Of a stretch of 20,000 nucleotides of DNA, positions 7,843-16,572 are shown piece by piece; within the stretch, counting starts at the first letter, position 1; each line of letters opens with the position of its first letter. The notes under the pieces were generated by a model, which was not told the origin of the DNA, searched no databases, and was given only the letters and a program-made list of their open reading frames with translations. Location: IMG/VR virus record IMGVR_UViG_3300042939_000937. One strand, 5' to 3'. A program made the translations under genes and the position numbers. The stretch is from an uncultured virus (IMG/VR IMGVR_UViG_3300042939_000937) (taxonomy: Duplodnaviria > Heunggongvirae > Uroviricota > Caudoviricetes).

Positions 7843-10800
7843 TTATACGATGCAGAGCGCCTCTGGGTTGGAGGCAAGGGTGCCCCAGGTGTTAAAAAAG
7901 ACTCCGCTCGGTGTTACCTGAACAATTGCGGCGTTCTGACGGTCGGCAAAGTAAAGGTTACCAAGGCTGTCAAATACTAATCCGAAACCTGCTGTGTATG
8001 AACCAGAACCAGTTAGGCTGGAGACAACCCCTGCTGGAGTAATTTTTCGAATTACGCCCGTGGATCCCAAGAGATAAACGTTGCCGGAGCTGTCGATGTT
8101 CATTCCCTTGTAACCGAAGGTCAGTGACGGCACTGTTGCAAATGTTTGCGTGATAACGCCTGCCGAGGTAATTTTTGATACTGTGCTATTACCGGAGTTA
8201 AAGACATAGAGATCACCGGTCGCATTGTTGCGAGTGATCCAGGTAGGCGAGCTGCCGGGGTTAAGAGAGTATGTCGCTGTGTTGAATCCGGTGGAGGGGC
8301 TCGTCTTATAGACGGTATTTGAAACTTGAGCAGTAGAATAGAGGAATCCGTCGCTGCCGTAAACAATTCCATATGGGGTGTTTCCGGTTAATACCCAGTT
8401 GTTTGTGAAAACGTATGAGGACGACGTTTTGTTAATACCCTGCTGGTTAATACCTACGCTATAAGTGTTACCGCTCGGGTCAACTGCGTATTGAGTAGCA
8501 GACATTCCTACTCTTGTAGAAGCAATACCTGCAGAGGTTACCGAATAGGTGATTCCATTATTATTGGCAATCCAAACAGCGTCCGTGACTGGGTTGTAGA
8601 TTAACGCAGTTGCAGTGGCTCCGGTTGCGGGAGAACCGAATTGAGTTCCACTTCCCCCGGCAGGAGAGATCTTGAATACCCCTCCAGAACCGGCCGCAAT
8701 AATCGTCCCTGAAGCAAAAGCAGTGGTAGTGACAGTGTTAGAGGGGGAACTGGCCGGTCCGATTCCACCCGCGTTTGTTGCCGTTACGGTAAATGTGTAT
8801 GCCGTTGCCGAAGCTAACCCAGGCACAGTGATTGGCGAGGAAGCACCACTTGCCGTAAGTCCACCGGGGCTGGAAGTTACCGTGTAAGAAGTGATAATCG
8901 CACCGCCGCTGCTTGCGGGCGGAGTGAAGCTGACTGTTGCCGATGTTGCCGAGGCGAGTACCGCAGTAACTGCCGTCGGGGCGCCTGGCACAGCGATGGA
9001 CACCGGAGTAACAGCAGAACTCGGAGTGCTGGCAGGACCGGTGCCAACTGCACTAATGGCCGCGACAGTAAAGGTGTAGGAAGTTCCGTTGGTGAGGCCA
9101 GTGATGTTGATTGGGGAACTTGCGCCAGTAGCGGTGAGGCCGCCGGGGGACGAAGTGACGATGTACGAAGTAATCGGCGAAGACCCGGAACTGGCAGGAG
9201 GAGTGAATGTGACCGTAGCTTGAGCGTTACCCGCCGAAGCCGAGACACCGGTCGGAGCGCCAGGAAGAATACCGGCCACGGGAGTGACGGGAGCACTCGG
9301 CGCACTGGCAGTACCAGCACCGACAGCGTTAGTCGCAGTGACCGTAAAGGTGTAAGGAGTTCCGTTGGTCAGACCGGTGACGGTAATCGGAGAGGAAGTG
9401 CCGGTAACAACGATACCGTCTGGGGAAGAGGTGACGGCGTAGGAAGTGAAGGGAGAGCCAGTTGTCGGAGGGCTGAACGAGACCACCGCCTGGGCGTTAC
9501 CCGCAACGGCAGACACGGACAGAGGAGCAGACGGGGAGCCAGGCTTGCTGGCAGCCCCAAGATAGCTACCGTACCAGGTAACACCCTTGTCGAACGTTGT
9601 CAACTCAAAGGCACTCATTACGTTGTTGCCTGTGCTCGGGTAAGGAGTGGTGCCACCCAGCCAGACGACGCTCGCGGGCCAGTTAAAGGAAGAGGCACTA
9701 CCGTTACCAAGAATGTAAAGGGTTGTAGTGTAGCTTGACCCCGCGTCAGGTACGTTCGTAAACGACACACTCGTAACGGACGACGAGAGGGTGAAGTTGT
9801 GGATATTGCCGATACCCGCGTCGATTGTGATGGCGCCTGCGGTGATTACAGGAGCAGCCTGAGTACCGATAAGTCCGGTTATGGTCGGAGCGGAGGACAG
9901 CACAACATTGCCAGTGCCAGTGATACCCTTCTCGCCTACAGTACCAGCGTTGTCGTAGAGGATGTAAGTGTCGGTGCCACCTGTGATGACCGTGGTATCA
10001 ACAACCAACGACGGAGTGTAGGTTGTCCACTTGAGACCAGTGGCGCAGGTTGAGTCGGCAGTCAGGAACTGGGCGTCTGTACCAACCGGCAGAGCGGCAG
10101 GAGTGCTTGCAGCGGTGCCGGTGAGGAGCGAACCCTTTGCTGTGATACAGGCGCAAGGGATCGCGGGAGCGGGAGGAGTTGCCCAGCAAAGTCCAGTGGA
10201 GGCAGCAGCGCACGCAGTCAGAACTTGGTTGTCAGCGCCAACGCCGAGAGCAACAAAGGTTGCAGCGCCCGTTCCACCAAGAATGTCACCTTTTGCTGTA
10301 AAAGCGTTGCAAGGAATGGGAGCTGGACCGTTGAGTGCTGCAGTGAGGCGACCTTGGGCGTCAACAGTGATCGAAGAGTTGGTGTAGGAACCGGGGATGA
10401 CCGTTGTGTTTGCCAGAGCGATTGTTCCGGTCGTAGTGATCGGTCCACCAGTCAATCCGGTTCCCGTTGCAACCGAAGTTACGGTGCCAGAGCAAGGAAT
10501 CGCCCACTCCATGCCAGAGGTGCAGGCAGAGTTTGCGGTGAGCATCCGACCGTTTGCACCAACGGGCAGACTAACACAGGTGCAAGTGCCGGTGGCAACA
10601 ATCAGGTCGCCTTTGAGAGTGAGGGCACTCTTGGGAATCGCAGCGGCGGCCAAGTCATAGGCCGCTTTGACAGCGGTGCTCGAAGCTATTGTCGTCGAGG
10701 AAGTTGTGGAAGTCGAGTCAGAAACCTTCGACTGCAGACCGGCAGGAGTAACAGCGCGAGTGGCGTCTGTGCCCGTTTGAGTCTCAGCGTTGGTAGCAAG

Positions 10801-12636
10801 TTCAACAACACCGGCTACCGTATCTGTGGCAGCAGGGGGCTCGTAGCCAATGTTGAGAAACTCCCAGGCATACACGCCAGGAGAAGTCTCCGAAACCAGG
10901 AACCAGTCGCCGTTAGTTGCAACGGTCGGAGTGCCGCCAGGAGGTGTGACTGTGCCAGGAGTTGTGACGATAACGTAGTAGTTCTCGGTCGTTGCACTCG
11001 CAGCAGGGAGCACGGAACCAACAGCGAATCCTGCGGTAGCGCCACCAGAGGTTACGGAGGCAACCAACCCAGTAGAAGCGTTCAGAGTACCAGCAGGGTT
11101 CACACCGCCAGAGACGCTAAGGTTTGTGATTTGTTGTTGCAGGCAGCAACCCTGAGCAGCAGTCAGCGCCTGAGTCGTGGAGTTGGAGTTAAGAACGTCA
11201 GCGAGTTGAACAACGCCAGGGAGCGCGGTGGTTGCGCTGGCGACGCTGATTTGACCAGCGGGTGTTACCGAGATGTTGGTACCGATGCAGACAACACCCA
11301 ATGCCGTGGTGGTTGCCGGGGTTGTTCCCCTCAGCGCCAGTTCATCAATGGCAGCCTGAACGTTGGTGCCAGTCAGACCGGAGGTTGTGTTGCTATAGGT
11401 GACGCACAGGGCGCAACCGAGTGACACTCCCGCAGGCAAAATCGGTGTGGTGCAGAACGTAACCGGCTGACAGAAAGTCGCCGGGCAGGTGAAGGTGGCG
11501 GTGTTGCAGAATGTTGTGGGCCCACACAGAGTGGTAGCGCCACAGTTGGTCACAGCACCGACGTTGGTCGTAGTGCCGCAAGTGATAACATTGTTGCAGT
11601 TGGTAACGAGCGAGCAGTTGGTGACAGCGCCCACGTTTGTTGTCGTACCACAAGTGACAACGTTATTGCAGTTGGTGACCAGCGCACAGTTGGTGACAGC
11701 ACCCACGTTTGTGGTTGTGCTGCAGTTGATGACAGCGCCGCAGTTTGTCGTGGTACCAACAACTGTAGCGTTGCCGCAAGTTACGGTGTTGGAGCAGTTG
11801 GTAACGAGGCCGACGTTGGTTGTGGTGCCGCAAGTGGTGAGGCTGGAGCAGTTGACAACAGCGCCGGTATTTGTGGTGGTGCCGCAGGTGACAACGTTGC
11901 TGAAGTTAGTAACGGTGCCGATGTTTGAGGTGGTGCCGCAAGTTGTAACGTTTGTGCAGTTGGTAACGGCACCCACATTTGTGGTGGTACCGCAGGTGAC
12001 GACGTTGGCGAGGTTTGTGACCAGAGCGCAGTTGGTAACGGCGCCTACGTTCGTAGTGGTGCCACAGGTAATAACATTACCGCAGTTTGTGACCAGGGCG
12101 CAGTTGGTGACGGCACCAACGTGAGTCGTGGTGCTGCAGTTTGTAACAGCGCCGAGATTTGTGACAGTATTAGCATTCGTGACAGCACCATTGAAGAGTG
12201 CGGTGCTGTTTGAAGTGATTGGTGCGTTGAAAGTTACGGGGCCAGTGAAAGCACCGCCACTCTTCGGCATGTAGGTCAGGGCGAGTGCCGAAGGTGTGAC
12301 AGCGAGAGTGGAGCTCGTGCCCGCAGCAACTTCGGTGCTCGTTGCGATTTCGATTACGCCGAGTGCTGTGGTACTGGACGCCGCAACGGAAACTACAGGG
12401 TTCGAGGCAGGCCCAGATACTAAAATGGGGGCAGTACCAGTTACAGAGGTCACTCCGCCACCGCCACCACCGCCACCTGTCACACAGATGGTGCCATCCG
12501 CGCAGATAGACAACCCGGAGGAAGAGGTAATCACTGCGGGATAGTAGGCACCGCAGAGATAGCAACTTTCAGGAGAGTAGAAAGGGTTGTTTGGAATCGG
12601 CTGGTTTGGATTAAAACGAGGTAGGGCGATGGCCAT
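7843..12636 (-). CDS. Fibre paralog E (1597 aa): Cys/Thr/Asn hexapeptide solenoid, fibre repeats, three FN3 domains and an NHL-type beta-propeller
   Basis: Family N-terminus; ~41 hexapeptides; GVVELATNAETQTGTD..AVKAAYDLA repeat; NWPASVVWLGG..TWYG domain (~9560-9860); three PxAPxxV..F.PP..SYxVT..GLTNGTxYTFTVxA FN3 units (~8725-9540); PYGIVYGSDGFLY / GMNIDSSGNVY / GLVFDSLGNLYFAD blades (~7846-8710). Confidence 0.9.
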   Translation of the reverse strand: MAIALPRFNPNQPIPNNPFYSPESCYLCGAYYPAVITSSSGLSICADGTICVTGGGGGGGGVTSVTGTAPILVSGPASNPVVSVAASSTTALGVIEIATSTEVAAGTSSTLAVTPSALALTYMPKSGGAFTGPVTFNAPITSNSTALFNGAVTNANTVTNLGAVTNCSTTTHVGAVTNCALVTNCGNVITCGTTTNVGAVTNCALVTNLANVVTCGTTTNVGAVTNCTNVTTCGTTSNIGTVTNFSNVVTCGTTTNTGAVVNCSSLTTCGTTTNVGLVTNCSNTVTCGNATVVGTTTNCGAVINCSTTTNVGAVTNCALVTNCNNVVTCGTTTNVGAVTNCSLVTNCNNVITCGTTTNVGAVTNCGATTLCGPTTFCNTATFTCPATFCQPVTFCTTPILPAGVSLGCALCVTYSNTTSGLTGTNVQAAIDELALRGTTPATTTALGVVCIGTNISVTPAGQISVASATTALPGVVQLADVLNSNSTTQALTAAQGCCLQQQITNLSVSGGVNPAGTLNASTGLVASVTSGGATAGFAVGSVLPAASATTENYYVIVTTPGTVTPPGGTPTVATNGDWFLVSETSPGVYAWEFLNIGYEPPAATDTVAGVVELATNAETQTGTDATRAVTPAGLQSKVSDSTSTTSSTTIASSTAVKAAYDLAAAAIPKSALTLKGDLIVATGTCTCVSLPVGANGRMLTANSACTSGMEWAIPCSGTVTSVATGTGLTGGPITTTGTIALANTTVIPGSYTNSSITVDAQGRLTAALNGPAPIPCNAFTAKGDILGGTGAATFVALGVGADNQVLTACAAASTGLCWATPPAPAIPCACITAKGSLLTGTAASTPAALPVGTDAQFLTADSTCATGLKWTTYTPSLVVDTTVITGGTDTYILYDNAGTVGEKGITGTGNVVLSSAPTITGLIGTQAAPVITAGAITIDAGIGNIHNFTLSSSVTSVSFTNVPDAGSSYTTTLYILGNGSASSFNWPASVVWLGGTTPYPSTGNNVMSAFELTTFDKGVTWYGSYLGAASKPGSPSAPLSVSAVAGNAQAVVSFSPPTTGSPFTSYAVTSSPDGIVVTGTSSPITVTGLTNGTPYTFTVTATNAVGAGTASAPSAPVTPVAGILPGAPTGVSASAGNAQATVTFTPPASSGSSPITSYIVTSSPGGLTATGASSPINITGLTNGTSYTFTVAAISAVGTGPASTPSSAVTPVSIAVPGAPTAVTAVLASATSATVSFTPPASSGGAIITSYTVTSSPGGLTASGASSPITVPGLASATAYTFTVTATNAGGIGPASSPSNTVTTTAFASGTIIAAGSGGVFKISPAGGSGTQFGSPATGATATALIYNPVTDAVWIANNNGITYSVTSAGIASTRVGMSATQYAVDPSGNTYSVGINQQGINKTSSSYVFTNNWVLTGNTPYGIVYGSDGFLYSTAQVSNTVYKTSPSTGFNTATYSLNPGSSPTWITRNNATGDLYVFNSGNSTVSKITSAGVITQTFATVPSLTFGYKGMNIDSSGNVYLLGSTGVIRKITPAGVVSSLTGSGSYTAGFGLVFDSLGNLYFADRQNAAIVQVTPSGVFFNTWGTLASNPEALCIV
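11452..12195 (-). repeat. Coding hexapeptide repeat array (GAVTNC / ALVTNC / NNVVTC / GTTTNV)
   Basis: 6-aa (18-bp) periodicity over ~248 aa with 18- and 24-aa super-repeats. The DNA repeats cagttggtgacagc and similar strings. Confidence 0.9.
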
Positions 12637-12658
12637 TTTAACTGCGATTCACAGTGCT

Positions 12659-12675
12659 TATGGTTGGTTTTACCC
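12659..12675 (-). promoter_or_regulatory. Conserved upstream element GGGTAAAACC-aac-CATA (copy 4)
   Basis: 10-mer at 12666-12675, 29 nt upstream of ATG 12636. Confidence 0.75.
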
Positions 12676-12698
12676 CCTCCCTCGTTCTCCTCGCAAAC

Positions 12699-15600
12699 TC
12701 AGGGCGTTGTGAAGGTGAAGCCCCACTTGTACCAGGAGGCGGTTGGCATATTGTAGTAGAAGCTGCCCCAGTAATTAAGGCTCGGAGACACGAAAGCGAT
12801 ACGATAGCGTGTTGCATCGAATGGGACGATCCAGTTCTGATTGTATGACGCAGCACCGGACCTGCTAACAGTAGCCCAACTATTGATCAAACCGAAAGAA
12901 GTCCATCCAGAAGCTTCGCCAACGTTGGACGTCAACGGTAGCTGATAGGGGGATGACAAGTCAAACTGAAGACCGTTCGGTAGAGTAAAGACGTAGTATC
13001 CGTCTCCGTTAGTGCCACCGGTACCTACCGTGACAAGTACCCCTTGAACTTCCCACTCTTTCGGACCGATTTGACGATAGCGTATGTTATTTTGTGTCGA
13101 CGTCCCGATTGTTGGCGCTGTGCCCGGTCCGGTCCCTGCAGTGTTAACCGCACCAATTCCAACACTTTGAATCGTTCCAGCCGAGGTCCAGGTTGGGAAC
13201 TGAGAGACTTGATACGAGGCAGGCAGCGTGGTGATAGCACCGGTGAGGGCGGCGGAGAAGCGGGTGCCTGTCAGGTTGTTCGGGCTGGTTCCTGTCGTTC
13301 CCCCAAGCTGGAGGTAATCCGTAGAACCGTTCATGTAAACGGTGGTACTCACCGGAACGGTTCCAAATCCGCCGTTGCTCGCGTTACTAGGCATCCGAGA
13401 GAAGGCGATCTCTGTACCGTTACAAATGAGGGTCGCAAAGACGCTTGTGGTCGCAGTAGCGACGCCCAGGGATGCGTTGACCTGGTAGTAGCCCGCGATA
13501 GTCGGAGTAAAGCGGCCTGTAGTCGGACTCCACCAGCCACAGGAGTTGTAGTCGGCAACCATCGCAACCCCGTTGACTCCGGGGGTTAACACGTTTAAGC
13601 TAGTCCCAACCATGCAACCGGCGGTGACCCTCCAGCAAGCAGCAGCGTTAACTGCAGTTAGAAGTGAGCTACACCACGCGAGTCCTTGAGCACAAGTGCT
13701 GTCAGCAACCAGAATCTGACCGTTAGTGCCGAGAGGAAGCGCCGTCGGAGTGCTTGCGGCTGCTCCTGTAAGAATCGCCCCTTTGCCTGTGATGCAAGCG
13801 CAAGGGATACCGCCACCTGGAGTCAAAGGTGCGGTGGTAACTTCGAACTTGATGCAAGGCATCAGCGCCACGTTGACCGGGCGAGTTTCTGTACCACCCG
13901 TGTTGTCTGTGAAACCGGCTTGGCGAGAGTTGGGTGATGTGTTCGAGGGGGCGCCATAGCCCCTTTGGGTGCTCGTCGGGTCGACGTTGGCCCACTCTAA
14001 GACAGCCGCAGCACCAGGGCACACGGAAACCACGTGGCAGTGAGTACCCAGCGCACTCAACTGCGTGCTACCAAACGCACGGCCCGGATCGCAACCGCGA
14101 GCAGTACCACCCGCAGCGTCCCAACCACGCGGGAACATGCCACGCATATCGGGAATCTGGAAGGTGGTCGAACCGTCGCCAGCGCCGTAGGTGGTGCCGA
14201 TAACGGCAAACAGAGAGGCGTAGGAAGTGCGGCTAATGATACGACCGTCGGCAGGAAGCCAGCCAGTGGGAGCGACAGTGGAAGCAAAGAACTGAATCGA
14301 GCCGACCGGAGTGTCGCCCAGGAACGGCGGGATGCAAGCAAAGGTGACGCCACCCGGACAGGCGTTGCAAGACATCAGCCAATAGCAGTCAGACACCGCC
14401 GGACCAACAGCGATGGCCGAGCCGACGGCGCAACCGGCGAGGACTACGCCTTTGGCACAGTAATCGGCGCTCAAGGGGGCAGTTCGCCATTCCAGAGCGG
14501 TTCCAGTCGATGTGAGAACTTGGCCAGCGGTTCCAACAGATGCGGCACAATCCTTGATACCCGCACCCGGAATAATGTTCTTGCTGGAGTCGCCAGTGAG
14601 CCAGTTTTGTCCCGCAGCGAATCCGATTGCAAGTTGGCAAGAACCGGTGGGGGAGGCAATCTCGGTGTCAACACCGATGACAACGTTACGAATGCCGGTG
14701 GTCAGATTGCAACCTGCAGCGGAACCCACAGCAGTGTTAAGTGCTCCGGAAGTTAGGGCGGTCAGTACGTTATGGCCGACACCCACGTTACCGGTTCCTG
14801 TTGCCAACCTCATAGCGCAGGAACCAACTCCCACGTTCTGAGAGCCGGTGCTCGAACACAGAGCGTTGCAACCAACAGCAACGTTCGAGAGACCGGCAGA
14901 GTTTGCCGCCAGAGCGTTAACACCGATGGCAGTCTGGCCGGAAAGGGCAGTAGCAGCAACCAGGGCATTGCAACCAAGAGCAGTGTTGTTCTCGATTGTG
15001 CAACCGAGTACAATGCCGGCAGCGATCGGCGTGGCGTCGGCAGGAATAACCGTGGCCCATTTTACGCCAGTGGTGCAAGCGGAGTCAGCAACAAGGGCCT
15101 GGCCGTTGGTACCAACGGTAACAGCAACGGGGGTGTTAGCACCGCTGGCTGCCAGGACGGCACCTTTAGCGGTGTAGCCGGACAGAGGAACGTAAGTGGC
15201 AGCAGCACCAGCGGGAGTGACCGCCTTTGTGGTGTTGGTACCGGTTTGTGTCTCAGCGGAAGTTGCAAGTTGGACGATACCGGCGGTGCCGGTTGAGGCA
15301 ATCGGAAGGTCGGTACCAACGTTCAGAAACTGCCAAGCATAAACCCCAGTTGAAACTTCTGAGGCCAGGAACCAGTCACCACGGGTTGCGGCCACGGCGG
15401 ATCCGCCGGGGGGTGTCATTGTACCGGGTTCGGTAACGATGACGTAGGTGTTGACTGTGGTGGCAGAGGCTGCGGGAAGAACCGCGCCAACTGTGTAGCC
15501 AGCAGTGGACCCCACAGAGGTGATGCTAGCAACGAAGCCCGTGGAGGCGTCGATTGTACCGGCGAGGTCGATGCCAGGAGTTAGTAGAAGGGAGTTGATC

Positions 15601-16535
15601 TGGTCTTGCAGCACCTTGCCTTGGTTCGCTGTCAGTGCCTCTGTGGTCGAAGTGCTAGCAACAGTGTCGTTCAGTTGAACGATACCAGCGAGAGTTGTGG
15701 AGGAACTTGCTACGCTGATAACTCCTGAGGCAACATCAATATTTGTGCCAACCTGGACAATGCCGAGTTGGCCAGTGGTTGCAGCACCGCCAGAGGAAGC
15801 AGCGGTGAGGCGTCCTTTGGCGTCTACGGTCAGAGAGGAGTAGGTATATGCTCCGGCAGTAACCGCAGTGTCAGCGAGACCAATGTTGGGGGCCGTGGCT
15901 GTACCGGTGTCAGTGATCGGCGAAGTGACCGAGATTGATGTGACACCGCCAGGGGTTCCGCTGGCGGCAGAAGTGAGGCGACCCTGAGCGTCAACGGTGA
16001 TGTCGGCGTTGGTGTACGTGCCAGGGGTAACCGCAGTGTCGGCGAGGCCAATATTGGGGGCAGTCGCTGTGCCGGTGTCAGTGATTGGGGCGGTAACTGC
16101 GATCGACGTTACGCCGCCGGGAGTTCCGCTAGTGGCTGAGGTAACACGACCGAATTCATCAACAACAATATCCGAATTCGTATAAGTGCCAGGTGTAACG
16201 CCGGAGACCGACATTGAAATTGCCGGTGTCAAACCGCCAGAGCTAACCAGGGGTGCGCTCGCAGTGACAGCAGTGACAGCGGGAGTGGTCATGGCGACCG
16301 TAACCGCCCCAGTTCCACCAGGGGGTGTGACAGTGATGCCAGCACCCGCAATTATGTTGGTTACGACCCCGGTACCCCCGGAAGAGGTTAGGATACCGGT
16401 AGTAAAATCAACGGATAGGCCTGAGCCAATGATCAGGGGGCCAGTGGCACTCTGAACGAAGGTAGTTAGAGGGGAGTAGAAAGGGTTGTTTGGAATTGGT
16501 TGGTTTGGATTAAAACGCGGAGGTGTGATCGCCAT
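12699..16535 (-). CDS. Fibre paralog F (1278 aa) with internal phage tail-collar domain and C1q-like plus unknown C-terminal domains
   Basis: Start re-called to ATG 16535 (MAITPPRFNPNQPIPNNPFYSP) to match the paralogs, rather than TTG 16541. Contains a 56-aa (168-bp) stalk duplication, NTALG repeats, a collar and a GRFTPTIAGYYQVNA..VYMNGSTDYLQL domain. Confidence 0.9.
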   Translation of the reverse strand: MAITPPRFNPNQPIPNNPFYSPLTTFVQSATGPLIIGSGLSVDFTTGILTSSGGTGVVTNIIAGAGITVTPPGGTGAVTVAMTTPAVTAVTASAPLVSSGGLTPAISMSVSGVTPGTYTNSDIVVDEFGRVTSATSGTPGGVTSIAVTAPITDTGTATAPNIGLADTAVTPGTYTNADITVDAQGRLTSAASGTPGGVTSISVTSPITDTGTATAPNIGLADTAVTAGAYTYSSLTVDAKGRLTAASSGGAATTGQLGIVQVGTNIDVASGVISVASSSTTLAGIVQLNDTVASTSTTEALTANQGKVLQDQINSLLLTPGIDLAGTIDASTGFVASITSVGSTAGYTVGAVLPAASATTVNTYVIVTEPGTMTPPGGSAVAATRGDWFLASEVSTGVYAWQFLNVGTDLPIASTGTAGIVQLATSAETQTGTNTTKAVTPAGAAATYVPLSGYTAKGAVLAASGANTPVAVTVGTNGQALVADSACTTGVKWATVIPADATPIAAGIVLGCTIENNTALGCNALVAATALSGQTAIGVNALAANSAGLSNVAVGCNALCSSTGSQNVGVGSCAMRLATGTGNVGVGHNVLTALTSGALNTAVGSAAGCNLTTGIRNVVIGVDTEIASPTGSCQLAIGFAAGQNWLTGDSSKNIIPGAGIKDCAASVGTAGQVLTSTGTALEWRTAPLSADYCAKGVVLAGCAVGSAIAVGPAVSDCYWLMSCNACPGGVTFACIPPFLGDTPVGSIQFFASTVAPTGWLPADGRIISRTSYASLFAVIGTTYGAGDGSTTFQIPDMRGMFPRGWDAAGGTARGCDPGRAFGSTQLSALGTHCHVVSVCPGAAAVLEWANVDPTSTQRGYGAPSNTSPNSRQAGFTDNTGGTETRPVNVALMPCIKFEVTTAPLTPGGGIPCACITGKGAILTGAAASTPTALPLGTNGQILVADSTCAQGLAWCSSLLTAVNAAACWRVTAGCMVGTSLNVLTPGVNGVAMVADYNSCGWWSPTTGRFTPTIAGYYQVNASLGVATATTSVFATLICNGTEIAFSRMPSNASNGGFGTVPVSTTVYMNGSTDYLQLGGTTGTSPNNLTGTRFSAALTGAITTLPASYQVSQFPTWTSAGTIQSVGIGAVNTAGTGPGTAPTIGTSTQNNIRYRQIGPKEWEVQGVLVTVGTGGTNGDGYYVFTLPNGLQFDLSSPYQLPLTSNVGEASGWTSFGLINSWATVSRSGAASYNQNWIVPFDATRYRIAFVSPSLNYWGSFYYNMPTASWYKWGFTFTTP
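13845..14315 (-). other. Phage tail-collar domain
   Basis: PVGSIQFFASTVAPTGWLPADGRIISRTSYASLFAVIGTTYGAGDGSTTFQIPDMRGMFPRGWD...GSTQ..HCH...ETRPVNVALMPCIK is the canonical collar signature. Confidence 0.92.
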
Positions 16536-16549
16536 AATCAAACGCTATC

Positions 16550-16566
16550 TATAAACGGTTTTACCC
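16550..16566 (-). promoter_or_regulatory. Conserved upstream element GGGTAAAACC-gtt-TATA (copy 5)
   Basis: 10-mer at 16557-16566, 21 nt upstream of ATG 16535 and 6 nt after the stop of paralog G. Confidence 0.75.
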
Positions 16567-16572
16567 GGTGGC

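Noticed and set aside
11452..12195. CRISPR array or non-coding tandem repeat
   Set aside because: The repeats are in-frame, degenerate at third codon positions and have no unique spacers.
6444..16572. Intrinsic terminators between fibre genes
   Set aside because: The spacers are 37-62 nt long and show no GC hairpin followed by a U tract on the minus strand.
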